Source: Anaeromyxobacteraceae bacterium
GTDB lineage: Bacteria; Myxococcota; Myxococcia; Myxococcales; Anaeromyxobacteraceae
Assembly (NCBI GenBank): GCA_047602405.1
Contig: JASGHJ010000001.1
Location: 1,824,001-1,888,000 of the forward strand
Reading direction: 5' to 3'
Length of the DNA stretch: 64,000 nt
Shown one piece after another: positions 1 to 9,301 of this stretch; the stretch's first letter is position 1; every line of letters begins with the position of its first letter. Under the pieces are notes generated by a model. That model was not told the DNA's origin. It worked only from the letters and a program-made list of their open reading frames with translations, and did not search any database. The translations under genes and the position numbers were made by a program.

Positions 1-483
1 AAGAAGGCGCTCGCCGAGGCGGAGAAGGACGACGTGCCGCTCCTCTACTGGACGGCCACCGCCTGGCTCCTCGCCATCTCCGACGGCAAGTCGGACATGG
101 CCCTCGTCGCCGAGCTGCCCGTCCCGCTCGCGATGATGGAGCGGGCGCTCGCGCTCGACGAGACGTGGGGAGACGGCTCGCTCCACGAGTTCTACGTGAC
201 CTGGGACGGCACCCGCTCGGTCGCCGAGGGCGGCGGGCCCCAGCGCGCCAAGCAGCACCTCGACCGGGCGCTGGCCCTCTCGATGAACAAGAAGCTGGGC
301 CCGCTCGTCTCATGGGCGGAGGGTGCCCTCGTGATGATGCAGGACCGCCCGGAGTTCGAGCGGGTGCTGAAGCAGGTGCTCGAGGCCGATCCCGGCGCCG
401 AGCCCCGCTTCCGCCTCGCCAACGTGTTCGCGCAGCGGCGGGCGAAGGCCCTGCTCGCCCGCGCGGACGACCTCTTCCTCTAG
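1..483 (+). CDS. TRAP transporter TatT-family (TPR) component, 5' truncated by window edge
   Basis: Frame open from base 1; motifs LALDETWGDGSLH, RAKQHLDRALAL, RLANVFAQRRAKALL; directly upstream of a DctP gene as in TPAT loci. Confidence 0.75.
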   Translation, partial: KKALAEAEKDDVPLLYWTATAWLLAISDGKSDMALVAELPVPLAMMERALALDETWGDGSLHEFYVTWDGTRSVAEGGGPQRAKQHLDRALALSMNKKLGPLVSWAEGALVMMQDRPEFERVLKQVLEADPGAEPRFRLANVFAQRRAKALLARADDLFL

Positions 484-505
484 CCTTCGGTCGTACCTTT
501 CCGAG

Positions 506-1501
506 ATGGAGAACCCCGTGAAGAAGCTCGCCGTCGTCGTCGCCCTCGCCGCGCTCGCCTCGACCGCCCGGGCCCAGCAGCCCGTCATCGTCAAGCTCGG
601 GACGCTCGCGCCCCAGGGCTCCACCTGGCACGAGCTCCTCAAGGAGATGGGCCAGCGCTGGGAGCAGGTGTCGAACGGCCAGGTGAAGATGAAGATCTAC
701 GCCGGCGGCGCCCAGGGCTCCGAGGGCGACATGGTCCGCAAGATTGGCATCAACCAGCTCCAGGCGGCGGCCATCTCGAACGTCGGCATGCACGACGTCA
801 TCCCGGAGCCGACCACCTTCTCGACGCCGTTCCTCTTCGACGACGAGCAGCAGCTCGACTGCGCCTTCGACAAGGTGCGCCCGGCCGTGGAGGCCTCGCT
901 CGAGAAGCGCGGGCTCGTCGCGCTGCAGTGGAGCCGCATCGGCGGCATCCACATGTTCTGCACGAAGGCGTTCCGGACGCCGGCCGAGATGAAGGGCGCG
1001 AAGATGTGGGCGTGGGAGGGCGACCCGAAGAGCGTCGAGGCCTACCGCGCCGCCGGCTTCACCCCGGTCGTGCTCTCGTCGTCCGACATCTACGCGTCGC
1101 TCCAGACCGGCATGATCGAGTGCGTGCCGAACGTGCCGCTCTACGTGCTCACCGCCCGGCTCTTCGAGAAGGCGAACCACATGAGCGTCGTGCCCTGGGG
1201 CTTCGTCGTCGGCGCGACGGTCGTCCGAAAGGACACCTGGGAGAAGATCCCGGCGGACCTCAGGCCGAAGCTGCTCGCCATCGCGAAGGAGCTCGGCAGC
1301 CGGGTCGACGCCGAGGTGAAGAAGCTCAACGCCGACGCGGTCACGGCGATGCAGAAGCAGGGCCTCCAGCTCGTCCCCGGCGACGTCGCCACCTGGCGCA
1401 CCTCCGCGGAGCGCGCGCAGGCCGTCGTCCGCGGTGGCTCGGTGCCGGCCGCCTTCTACGACGAGGTGAAGGCGGCGCGGGACACCTGCGGGAAGAAGTG
1501 A
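506..1501 (+). CDS. dctP: TRAP transporter substrate-binding protein (DctP family)
   Basis: Signal peptide, KLGTLAPQGSTW, IYAGGAQGSEGDMVRK, DIYASLQTGMIE; start could be GTG at 518. Confidence 0.88.
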   Translation: MENPVKKLAVVVALAALASTARAQQPVIVKLGTLAPQGSTWHELLKEMGQRWEQVSNGQVKMKIYAGGAQGSEGDMVRKIGINQLQAAAISNVGMHDVIPEPTTFSTPFLFDDEQQLDCAFDKVRPAVEASLEKRGLVALQWSRIGGIHMFCTKAFRTPAEMKGAKMWAWEGDPKSVEAYRAAGFTPVVLSSSDIYASLQTGMIECVPNVPLYVLTARLFEKANHMSVVPWGFVVGATVVRKDTWEKIPADLRPKLLAIAKELGSRVDAEVKKLNADAVTAMQKQGLQLVPGDVATWRTSAERAQAVVRGGSVPAAFYDEVKAARDTCGKK

Positions 1502-1594
1502 CCGCACGGTCGCATCCGGGGCTGTAACGGCGCACGAACCTCCGAGACGTTATCTACGTCGCCCCCGGCTCCCCGGGGGCAGGAGGCGTCCCCC

Positions 1595-2539
1595 GTGGCC
1601 CGCTGGCGTCCCGACGAGAAGGAAGCGAACGTCACCCCCGAGCGGCTCTGGCTGACCCGCCGCGAGCTGCTCGCGACCGGCGCCGCCGGCGCGCTCGGCC
1701 TCGCGCTGCCCCGCGCGGCGGGGGCCGAGGCGCAGCCGACGGGCCAGGCGCTCCAGGTGGCGCGCACGCTCGACCGCTCCGGCGGCGAGGCGAAGAACAC
1801 CTGGGATCAGATCACCACCTACAACAACTTCTACGAGCTCGGCACCGACAAGGCCGACCCGTCGCGGAACGCCGGCACGCTGCGCGCGCGGCCGTGGACG
1901 ATCGCGGTCGAGGGCGAGGTGAAGAAGCCGCAGACCGTCGGCATCGACGACCTCTTGAAGTGGTTCCCGCTCGAGGAGCGCATCTACCGCATGCGCTGCG
2001 TGGAGGCGTGGTCGATGGTGATCCCGTGGGCCGGGATCCCGCTCGGCGACGTCGTGAAGCGGCTCGAGCCGACCTCGAAGGCGAAGTACGTGGTCTTCGA
2101 GACGCTCCTCGACCCGTCGCAGCTCCCCAACCAGCGCAGCCACGTCATGCCGTGGCCGTACGTGGAGGGGCTCCGCATCGACGAGGCGACGCACCCGCTC
2201 GCGATCCTCGCGGTCGGCCTCTACGGCCGCGTGCTGCCCGGGCAGAACGGCGCGCCGGTGCGGCTCGTCGTGCCGTGGAAGTACGGCTTCAAGGGCGCGA
2301 AGTCGATCGTGAAGATCCGCTTCCAGGAGACCCAGCCGCGCACCGCCTGGAACGAGCTGCAGCCCTCCGAGTACGGCTTCTACGCGAACGTGAACCCCGA
2401 GGTGGACCACCCGCGCTGGACCCAGGCGAAGGAACGGCGCATCGGCGAGTTCTTCCGCCGCCCGACGCTCAAGTTCAACGGCTACGGGGACGAGGTCGCC
2501 TCGCTCTACGCCGGCCTCGACCTCCGCCGGAACTTCTGA
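1595..2539 (+). CDS. msrP: Protein-methionine-sulfoxide reductase catalytic subunit
   Basis: Tat motif [65 protein letters not shown]. Confidence 0.96.
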   Translation: MARWRPDEKEANVTPERLWLTRRELLATGAAGALGLALPRAAGAEAQPTGQALQVARTLDRSGGEAKNTWDQITTYNNFYELGTDKADPSRNAGTLRARPWTIAVEGEVKKPQTVGIDDLLKWFPLEERIYRMRCVEAWSMVIPWAGIPLGDVVKRLEPTSKAKYVVFETLLDPSQLPNQRSHVMPWPYVEGLRIDEATHPLAILAVGLYGRVLPGQNGAPVRLVVPWKYGFKGAKSIVKIRFQETQPRTAWNELQPSEYGFYANVNPEVDHPRWTQAKERRIGEFFRRPTLKFNGYGDEVASLYAGLDLRRNF

Positions 2540-3213
2540 TGACCACGCCGGCCGTCCGCCGCCTGCAGTGGTGGGGCGCCTTCGCCCTCGCCGCGGCGCC
2601 CCTCGCGAAGCTCGGCGTGGACCTCGCGACGAACCACCTCGGCGCGAACCCCATCGAGGCGATCCTCAACCGGCTCGGGTTCTGGACGCTCACGTTGCTC
2701 GTCGCCTCGCTCGCGGCGACGCCGGTGAACGCGCTCCTCGGCGTCTCCTGGCCGCTGCGCGCGCGCCGGATGATCGGCCTGTGGGCCTTCGCGTACGCGA
2801 CCCTGCACCTCCTCTTCTACGTGGCGATCGACCAGGGGCTCGACGTGGGCCTCCTCGCCGCCGACGTCGCGAAGCGGAAGTTCATGACCGTCGGCTTCGC
2901 GGCGTGGCTCCTCCTCGTGCCGCTCGCGGTGACCTCGACCGACGGCTGGGTCCGGCGGCTCGGCTTCCGCGCGTGGAAGCGCCTCCACCGGCTCGTCTAC
3001 GCGGCGGCCGTGCTCGGGGTGGTGCACTTCGTGTGGCGGGTGAAGGCCGACCTGCGCCTGCCGCTCACGTTCGGGGCCGTGCTCGCCGTCCTGCTCGCCG
3101 CGCGCTTCGTGCCCGAGGGCGCCGGGCTCAGGCGGCGACGCGCTCCAGCGTCTCGACCAGCCGGTCCAGCCCGAACGGCTTCTCCAGCAGGGCCTCCGCC
3201 TGGAGGTCCGTGA
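2539..3213 (+). CDS. msrQ: Protein-methionine-sulfoxide reductase heme-binding membrane subunit
   Basis: ATG overlaps msrP stop (TGATG); LGANPIE, RRMIGLWAFAYATLH, LAVTS, WKRLHRLVY. Confidence 0.92.
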   Translation: MTTPAVRRLQWWGAFALAAAPLAKLGVDLATNHLGANPIEAILNRLGFWTLTLLVASLAATPVNALLGVSWPLRARRMIGLWAFAYATLHLLFYVAIDQGLDVGLLAADVAKRKFMTVGFAAWLLLVPLAVTSTDGWVRRLGFRAWKRLHRLVYAAAVLGVVHFVWRVKADLRLPLTFGAVLAVLLAARFVPEGAGLRRRRAPASRPAGPARTASPAGPPPGGP

Positions 3214-3508
3214 TCTTCGCGCCCGGGGGGATGGACGCCGAGAGCACCACCACCGGGATCCCGCAGAGGGTGGGGTCGCCGCGCTGCACGCCCCGGAAGG
3301 TCCAGCCATCCATGACGGGCATCATGAGGTCGAGGAGGATGGCGCTCGGCCGCCGGCCCGCCCGCAGGTGCTCCAGGGCCTCCAGCCCGTTCGAGGCCTC
3401 GTCGACGAGGTAGCCGAGCTCGCCCAGCGCCTCGCACATCGCCGCGCGGACATCCGGATCGTCTTCGACGACGAGCAGGCGGGCAGGAGGTCTCACGCGC
3501 CCCAGCAT
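3128..3508 (-). CDS. Single-domain response regulator (receiver)
   Basis: LLVVEDD, ILLDLMMPVMDG, LEKPF. Confidence 0.85.
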   Translation of the reverse strand: MLGRVRPPARLLVVEDDPDVRAAMCEALGELGYLVDEASNGLEALEHLRAGRRPSAILLDLMMPVMDGWTFRGVQRGDPTLCGIPVVVLSASIPPGAKITDLQAEALLEKPFGLDRLVETLERVAA

Positions 3509-3663
3509 GGCGACGGGGGGAGCCCTGCGGGAGTGCCCGCGAGCGGACGCCCCCAAGAGAGCCGCCGCGCGCCCGCTTGACGTACGGTGATCGTGTGACG
3601 GGCCCCCAGCCGGGCCCGATCGTTGACTCGCCGCGGTCCGCGCGCGATACCCGCTCCATCCTC

Positions 3664-4597
3664 ATGAACGACGGAGAAGCACCTCCCACATCGTCCTCGG
3701 CCGTCTACGGGCGGGCGAAACCCCCCGCGGTGGCGCTCCCTCAGAAGGGCACCGTCATCGGGCTCCGCTGGAGCGGGCTCGAGGGGGCCGGTAACCGAGA
3801 TCCTCGCGGCGAAGCTCGAGCTCGAGGCCGAGCGCGCCCGCCTGGTGCGCATCTGGCGCCCCTTCTCCGACGCCCCCGGCCGTCGCGACCTCGTCGGGCG
3901 CTTCGCGCCCTGGCTCGCGGAGGAGGCGCGCTGGGCCGAGGGGCGCATCGTGATCGGCGTCGACTTCGCGCTCTCCCTCGCCGAGACGCACCTGCGTCAG
4001 CTCGGGCTCCTGCGCCAGGCGCTGCGCGGCCCGGCGGTGCTCGGCAAGCACCTGCAGGAGCGGTACGTCGGCGACACCGGCGACTACAGCGAGGCCGCCG
4101 CGCGGATGCGCGACGAGCTCGGCAAGGATCGCCCCCGGGTGACCGACCAGTACCGCGCCGAGCTGCACCCGCCGATGTCCGCGCGCAGCTACCGGGCCAC
4201 GTTCTTCGGGCTCGCCGTGATGGCCGGCGTGGACGCGAGCTTCCCGCCGTGGGATCCGCCGCAGCCGGGCCGGCCCATCGTCGTGGAGGTGCGCCCGGGC
4301 CACGTCGCCCGCGTGCTCTGCGGCGTGGGCAGCTACCGCGACGACGACCGCGACGGCGTCTCCCGGGCCTCCACCCGCGCGGGCGTGCTGCGCACGCTCC
4401 GCGCCGCGGCGCACGTCGAGTTCGAGATGGAGCAGGCCGCGCAGATCGTCGAGGACGAGCACGGCGACCACCTCGACGCGGTGCTCGCCGCCGCCGGCGC
4501 CGCCGCGGCGTGGGAGGACGGCTTCCAGGGCGTCCCCGCGAACGTGCCGCGGCCGGAGGGGTGGATCCACTCGATCCGGGAGGAGCCCTGGCGGTGA
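3664..4597 (+). pseudogene. DUF429-like (RNase H-fold) protein interrupted by a +1 frameshift at ~3796 (real or sequencing error)
   Basis: MNDGE...VIGLRWSGLEGAGN in one frame continues as EILAAKLELE...IGVDFALSL...VVEVRPG...DHLDAVLAA...EGWI after skipping one C in AACCGAG. Confidence 0.6.
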
Positions 4598-5289
4598 GCG
4601 GCGGGGCCCCGCGGAAGAAGCTTTCGAAGCCGTCGAGCAACAAGGCCGCGACCGTCGCGGCGCTCGAGGCCGTGCAGGCGGAGATCCGGGCCTACCGGCC
4701 GCGCGGCTTCGGGCCGCCGGTGCACGGGCCCGCGGTGCCGAGCCGCATCCTCCTCGTCGGCCAGGCCCCCGGCCCGCACGAGGCGAAGCTGGGCCGCCCC
4801 TTCGCCTGGACCGCCGGCAAGACGCTCTTCGCCTGGCTCGAGCGCGCGACCGGCGCGCCCGAGGCCGTGGTCCGCGAGCGGGTCTACATCGCGGCGGTCG
4901 TGCGCTGCTTCCCGGGCAAGGTGAACGGGGGCGGCGACCGCGTGCCGACGCCCGCCGAGTGCGCCCGCTGGCGCGGCTTCCTCGAGCGCGAGGTCGAGAT
5001 CCTCCGGCCGCGCCTCGTGCTCGCCGTGGGCCGGCTCGCGATCGGCGAGGTGCTCGGCGCGGACGTCGCGGGCCGCCCGCTCGCCGAGGTCGTCGGGCGC
5101 AGCTTCCGGCTCCGCTACCACGGCGTGGAGTCGGACGTGATCCCGCTCCCGCACCCGTCGGGCGCCTCCACGTGGTTCAAGGTCGAGCCCGGCCGGTCGC
5201 TGCTCGAGCAGGCGCTCGGCCTCGTCGCGGCCCACCCGGAGGTCGTGAAGGCGCTCGGGCAATCGGGGCCCCGGCTGGCCGCCCGCTGA
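4594..5289 (+). CDS. Uracil-DNA glycosylase family protein
   Basis: GTG overlaps upstream stop (GTGA); [27 protein letters not shown] motifs. Confidence 0.88.
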   Translation: MSGGAPRKKLSKPSSNKAATVAALEAVQAEIRAYRPRGFGPPVHGPAVPSRILLVGQAPGPHEAKLGRPFAWTAGKTLFAWLERATGAPEAVVRERVYIAAVVRCFPGKVNGGGDRVPTPAECARWRGFLEREVEILRPRLVLAVGRLAIGEVLGADVAGRPLAEVVGRSFRLRYHGVESDVIPLPHPSGASTWFKVEPGRSLLEQALGLVAAHPEVVKALGQSGPRLAAR

Positions 5290-5320
5290 CGGCGCACGGC
5301 GCGGTACGCATGATGGCCGC

Positions 5321-5815
5321 GTGAGGCCCTCCCTGCGCCCGCTCGCCGTCCTGGCGCTCGCCCTCCTCGCCGCCTGCGCGCACCCGGCGGTGCGGGGCCC
5401 CGCCCCGGAGGAGCGGCCGGGTCGCGCCGGCCGGGAGGAGCCCGTCGAGGCACGACCGGAGGCGCCTGCCGCCCCGCCGCCCGCCGCCTCGCCGCCGTCC
5501 TCCCCCCGCGCGCAGGAGGGGCTCGCGAGCTTCTACGCCCGCTCGCTGCATGGCCGGCGCACCGCGAGCGGAGCACGCTACGACGAGCACGCCCTCACCT
5601 GCGCGCACCGCACGCTCCCGTTCGGCACCCGCGTGCGGGTCACCGCGCTCGAGGACGGGCGGAGCGTGGTCGTGACCGTGAACGACCGGGGGCCCTTCGT
5701 GAAGGGCCGGGTGGTGGACCTCTCCCGCGCAGCCGCGCGGCGGCTCGGCATGCTGGGCGCGGGCGTGGCGCGGGTGCGGGTGGAGATCGTCGCGGAGGCG
5801 ACCGCGGAGCGCTGA
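5321..5815 (+). CDS. rlpA: Septal ring lytic transglycosylase RlpA-family lipoprotein
   Basis: Lipobox [41 protein letters not shown]. Confidence 0.9.
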   Translation: MRPSLRPLAVLALALLAACAHPAVRGPAPEERPGRAGREEPVEARPEAPAAPPPAASPPSSPRAQEGLASFYARSLHGRRTASGARYDEHALTCAHRTLPFGTRVRVTALEDGRSVVVTVNDRGPFVKGRVVDLSRAAARRLGMLGAGVARVRVEIVAEATAER

Positions 5816-5818
5816 AGG

Positions 5819-5885
5819 CCGCTCATCCTGAGCCCTTCGACTCCGCCGCTTCGCGGCTACGCTCAGGGTGAACGGAGTCGAAGGA
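5819..5885. repeat. Nested REP-like palindromic element (inverted copy inside another copy)
   Basis: Outer arms CCGCTCATCCTGAGC / GGAGTCGAAGGA match the 11916-11964 copy; inner 5833-5875 CCCTTCGACTCC-GCCGCttcGCGGC-TACGCTCAGGGTGAACGG. Confidence 0.8.
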
Positions 5886-7322
5886 CGGCAGCTCGACGAC
5901 GGCGCGGGTCCCGCGGCCGGGGTCGCTCTCGAGCCAGACGTTCCCGCCGAAGCCCTCGACGAGGCCGCGGGCGATGGCGAGGCCGAGGCCCGCGCCCTCG
6001 CCGGCGGGCTTCGTGGTGAAGAAGGGATCGAACGCCCGCCGGAGCACGTCCGCCGGCATGCCGCGGCCCTCGTCGGCCACCGTGATCCGGATTGACCCTG
6101 GCCGGTGCTCGGCGGCGACCCTCACGCGCCCGCCCTGGCCGGCCGGGTAGGCCTCGGCCGCGTTCGTGAGGAGGTGGCCCAGCACCTGCGCCAGGGCCTC
6201 CGGCTGCGCGCGCACCCACACGTCGGGCCCCGTGGCGAGCTCGAAGGAGAGCTGCGCGCGCACGCGCGGCCCGAGGTCGTCGAACGCGCGCCGCACCGTG
6301 GCGCCGACCTGCGCGCGGCCGCCGGGCGCGATGCCGGCGATGCGCCCGGCGTCGACGAGCTTGCGCACGAGGTCGTTGATGCGGGTCATCGCCTGCAGCG
6401 ACTCGTCGACGACCTCGGCCACGTCCGCGGGCTCGTCCGTCCCCTCGGCGGTGGCCTGGCGCAGCCAGCGCAGGTTGGCGGTCACGACCGAGGCGGGGTT
6501 GTTCACCTCGTGCGCCACGCCCTTCGCGAACTGGCCGAGCGCGGCGAGCCGCTCGGACTGCGAGAGCGCCGCCTCGGCGCGGGCGAGCTCGGCGGTGCGC
6601 TGCTCCACCTCCACCGCGAGCTGGGCGCGCATCCGCTCGAGCGCGCCCGCGTCCTCCGCGAAGCGCTCGGTGACCGCCCAGTACACGGCGAGGATGGGGA
6701 TCACGAAGCCGGTGTCGAGGAGGTAGGGGAGCTCCAGCGGCAGGCTGGTCGCGAGCGCGTCGTTCCACCCGAAGAGCACGAGCGCCACGTACGCGAGCAC
6801 GTGCACGCCGGCGTGCGGCACGCCGCGCCGCCAGGTCGCGAGGAAGCGCACGAGCGGCACGAGCCCGGCGACGAGCAGGAACGCCATGAGCGCGTTGCCG
6901 AGGTCGTTCGGGAGCGCGTCCCGGTAGACGACGCCGAAGGGCGGGAAGGGGTGATCCTTGAACGTCCCCGAGTGGCCGAGCCCGGCGAGGAAGACCGCGG
7001 CGGCGGCGAGCAAGGCCCAGCCGAGCGGACGCACCGCGCGCGCCGGCGTCACCGCGGAGTAGGCCTGCGAGTAGCGCAGCCAGGCCCAGCCGTGGGCCAT
7101 GGCGATCGCGATCTGCACGCGCGACGCCCAGAGGACCACGTCGTCGGGCTGGTGCAGGGAGGTCGCGAGGTTGCAGAACGCGTAGCCGGCCGCGGTCAGC
7201 GCGACGAGCGAGAAGCGGTGCTGGTCGCGGAACCCGGGGACGAGGGAGAGGCGCCGCGACATCACGCCCGCCAGCACCGCGATGGTGGCGGCGGCGATCG
7301 AGATGGCCGCGGCGAGGTTCAC
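5823..7322 (-). CDS. Multi-TM sensor histidine kinase
   Basis: About 7 hydrophobic segments, H-box VAHEVNNP, LLTNAAEA, DEGRGM, FDPFFTTK, GAGLGLAI. Confidence 0.9.
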   Translation of the reverse strand: MNLAAAISIAAATIAVLAGVMSRRLSLVPGFRDQHRFSLVALTAAGYAFCNLATSLHQPDDVVLWASRVQIAIAMAHGWAWLRYSQAYSAVTPARAVRPLGWALLAAAAVFLAGLGHSGTFKDHPFPPFGVVYRDALPNDLGNALMAFLLVAGLVPLVRFLATWRRGVPHAGVHVLAYVALVLFGWNDALATSLPLELPYLLDTGFVIPILAVYWAVTERFAEDAGALERMRAQLAVEVEQRTAELARAEAALSQSERLAALGQFAKGVAHEVNNPASVVTANLRWLRQATAEGTDEPADVAEVVDESLQAMTRINDLVRKLVDAGRIAGIAPGGRAQVGATVRRAFDDLGPRVRAQLSFELATGPDVWVRAQPEALAQVLGHLLTNAAEAYPAGQGGRVRVAAEHRPGSIRITVADEGRGMPADVLRRAFDPFFTTKPAGEGAGLGLAIARGLVEGFGGNVWLESDPGRGTRAVVELPSFDSVHPERSREAAESKGSG

Positions 7323-8002
7323 CCGCCGGTGCTCCGCGCGACGAGCGCGGCAGCGCGGAGGTCCGCGATGGCCTTCTGGTAGTCCGCCTGCCCGAACACG
7401 GCGGTGCCCGCGACGAGCATGTTGGCGCCCGCGGCGGCGACGGGGCCGACCGTGTCGGGCTTCAGGCCGCCGTCGACCTCGATCTCGAGGCCGGGGTGGC
7501 GCTTCTCGGCCATCGCGCGGAGGCGGCGGATCTTCTCCGTGACGGCGGGGATGTACTTCTGCCCGCCGAAGCCGGGGTTCACGCTCATGAGGAGGACCAT
7601 CTCGAGGTCCTCGAGCACGTAGTCGATGGCCTCGAGCCCGGTGGACGGGTTGAGCGCCACCGCGGGCTTCCCGCCCGCGGCGCGGATCGCCTGCAGGGTC
7701 CGGTGGAGGTGCGGCGAGACCTCGGCGTGGACCGAGACCAGGTTCGCGCCGGCCTTCACGAACGCCTCCACGTACTTCTCCGGCTCGACGATCATGAGGT
7801 GAACGTCCACGGTGAGCTTCGTCACCTTGCGGACGGCCTCGACGATCAGCGGGCCGATGGTGATGTTCGGCACGAACCGGCCGTCCATCACGTCGACGTG
7901 GACGACGTCGGCCCCGGCGGCCTCGATGGCCCGGACCTCGTCGGCGAGGCGGCCGAAGTCGGCGGAGAGGATGGACGGGGCGATGCGGATGGGGAGCGCC
8001 AT
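7319..8002 (-). CDS. rpe: Ribulose-phosphate 3-epimerase
   Basis: IAPSILSADF, HVDVMDGRFVPN, DVHLM, MSVNPGFGGQ, EVDGG. Confidence 0.97.
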   Translation of the reverse strand: MALPIRIAPSILSADFGRLADEVRAIEAAGADVVHVDVMDGRFVPNITIGPLIVEAVRKVTKLTVDVHLMIVEPEKYVEAFVKAGANLVSVHAEVSPHLHRTLQAIRAAGGKPAVALNPSTGLEAIDYVLEDLEMVLLMSVNPGFGGQKYIPAVTEKIRRLRAMAEKRHPGLEIEVDGGLKPDTVGPVAAAGANMLVAGTAVFGQADYQKAIADLRAAALVARSTGG

Positions 8003-8077
8003 CCGGCCAGTGTATGCGACCGCCGCCGGGGGTGGGGCCCCGATCCAGCCCTCGTCAGGCCCGGGGTGGTCGGGAGA

Positions 8078-9298
8078 TCAGAAGGCCTGGTTGAAGGCGA
8101 CGTAGCCGGTGAAGCCGCCCGGGCGCCAGGCGACGTCGGCGGCGAGGCTCGCGAGCGAGCGGCGGTCCATGGTGAGCCGGAGTCCCCCGCTCGCCGCCGG
8201 CCAGGCCCGGTTGAAGTCCGGCCAGCCCCGCACGTCGTCGCGGTCGCTCGCCGCGTGCATGCTCCCGCCGAGGGCGAAGGAGAGGAACTGCCAGGCCGCC
8301 ACCCGGAGCTCGGCCTCGGCGCCGACGAGGTCGCGGCCCACGTGGCGCCCGGCGATCCAGCCGCGGGAGGCCCGCATCTCCGGGTCCCGGCCGCTCGTGG
8401 GGAGCATGAAGTAGGGCGTCCTCCCGAAGGCCGACCACCCGTACGCCCAGAGCGCGAGCGAGGCCCAGGGCGCCACCGGCAGGTACGCACGGCCCTCGGC
8501 CCAGAGCGACTCCCAGGTCTGCTCGGAGCCGGCCCACTCCGGCTCGATCCGGAGCCGCACGAGCGCGTACGTCCCGCGCCAGGGGTCGAGCGGGTTGTCG
8601 CGCGCGTCGAGGAGCAGGCTGCCGACGAAGCCCGACGAGACCGTCCGGCCGGACACCCCGTAGCCGTAGGCGGTGAACGGCGTCGCCTCCCCGCGCGCGG
8701 CGCGCTCGTCGCGCATGCCGTGGTCGTCGTCGAGGAAGTAGCCGATCCCCGCGTACACCGGCCCCGCGATCCGGCGGTACGCCGTCTCGTGCAGCTTCAG
8801 CTCGCGCATGTCGACGGTGGTCTCGGCCGAGTCCGGCTGGTCGCCACCGAGCCCCCACGCCGGACGCGGGAAGTGGTTGACCGTGAAGTCGCCCACGAGG
8901 ATCCAGTCGTTCGAGGGCAGGTGGAGCTGCGAGCGCAGGTTCACGCTGCGCTGGCTCCGCGTGGTCGCGAGCACGCTCGCCGCGAGGGTCGAGAACGGCG
9001 TGTCCGCCGAGCGGCCGGCCCGGAAGCTCACCGCGCCCGCCACCCCGAAGCCCACGCCGATGAGCGGGTTCGAGATCACGAACGGCACGGCGGTGAAGCG
9101 GGCCCTCCCGGACGCCTCTGCCTTCGGCTCCGCCCGCCGGAACCCGAGCCCGCCCGCGATCCACTCCGGCAGGTCCTCGTCCATGGCCGGCCGCCCGGGG
9201 ACCTCGGCGACGGGCGGCACCACGGGCACGTCGGGCACCGCACCCCGGGCGCCAGTGAGCGGCGCGGCGACGAGGAGGGCGGCGAGCGCACGGCGCAT
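8078..9298 (-). CDS. Omp85/BamA-TamA-like outer-membrane beta-barrel protein without POTRA domains
   Basis: Signal peptide, LDARDNPLDPWRG, RGWIAGRH (RGY-like motif), C-terminal FNQAF beta-signal. Confidence 0.7.
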   Translation of the reverse strand: MRRALAALLVAAPLTGARGAVPDVPVVPPVAEVPGRPAMDEDLPEWIAGGLGFRRAEPKAEASGRARFTAVPFVISNPLIGVGFGVAGAVSFRAGRSADTPFSTLAASVLATTRSQRSVNLRSQLHLPSNDWILVGDFTVNHFPRPAWGLGGDQPDSAETTVDMRELKLHETAYRRIAGPVYAGIGYFLDDDHGMRDERAARGEATPFTAYGYGVSGRTVSSGFVGSLLLDARDNPLDPWRGTYALVRLRIEPEWAGSEQTWESLWAEGRAYLPVAPWASLALWAYGWSAFGRTPYFMLPTSGRDPEMRASRGWIAGRHVGRDLVGAEAELRVAAWQFLSFALGGSMHAASDRDDVRGWPDFNRAWPAASGGLRLTMDRRSLASLAADVAWRPGGFTGYVAFNQAF

Positions 9299-9301
9299 CC
9301 C

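Noticed and set aside
1523..1551. TGTAAC...CGTT as an ECF promoter for msrP
   Set aside because: The 19-nt spacer is longer than typical; insufficient support.
3780..3810. Programmed ribosomal frameshifting at the split genes
   Set aside because: No slippery heptamer or consistent stimulatory structure at any of the four sites.
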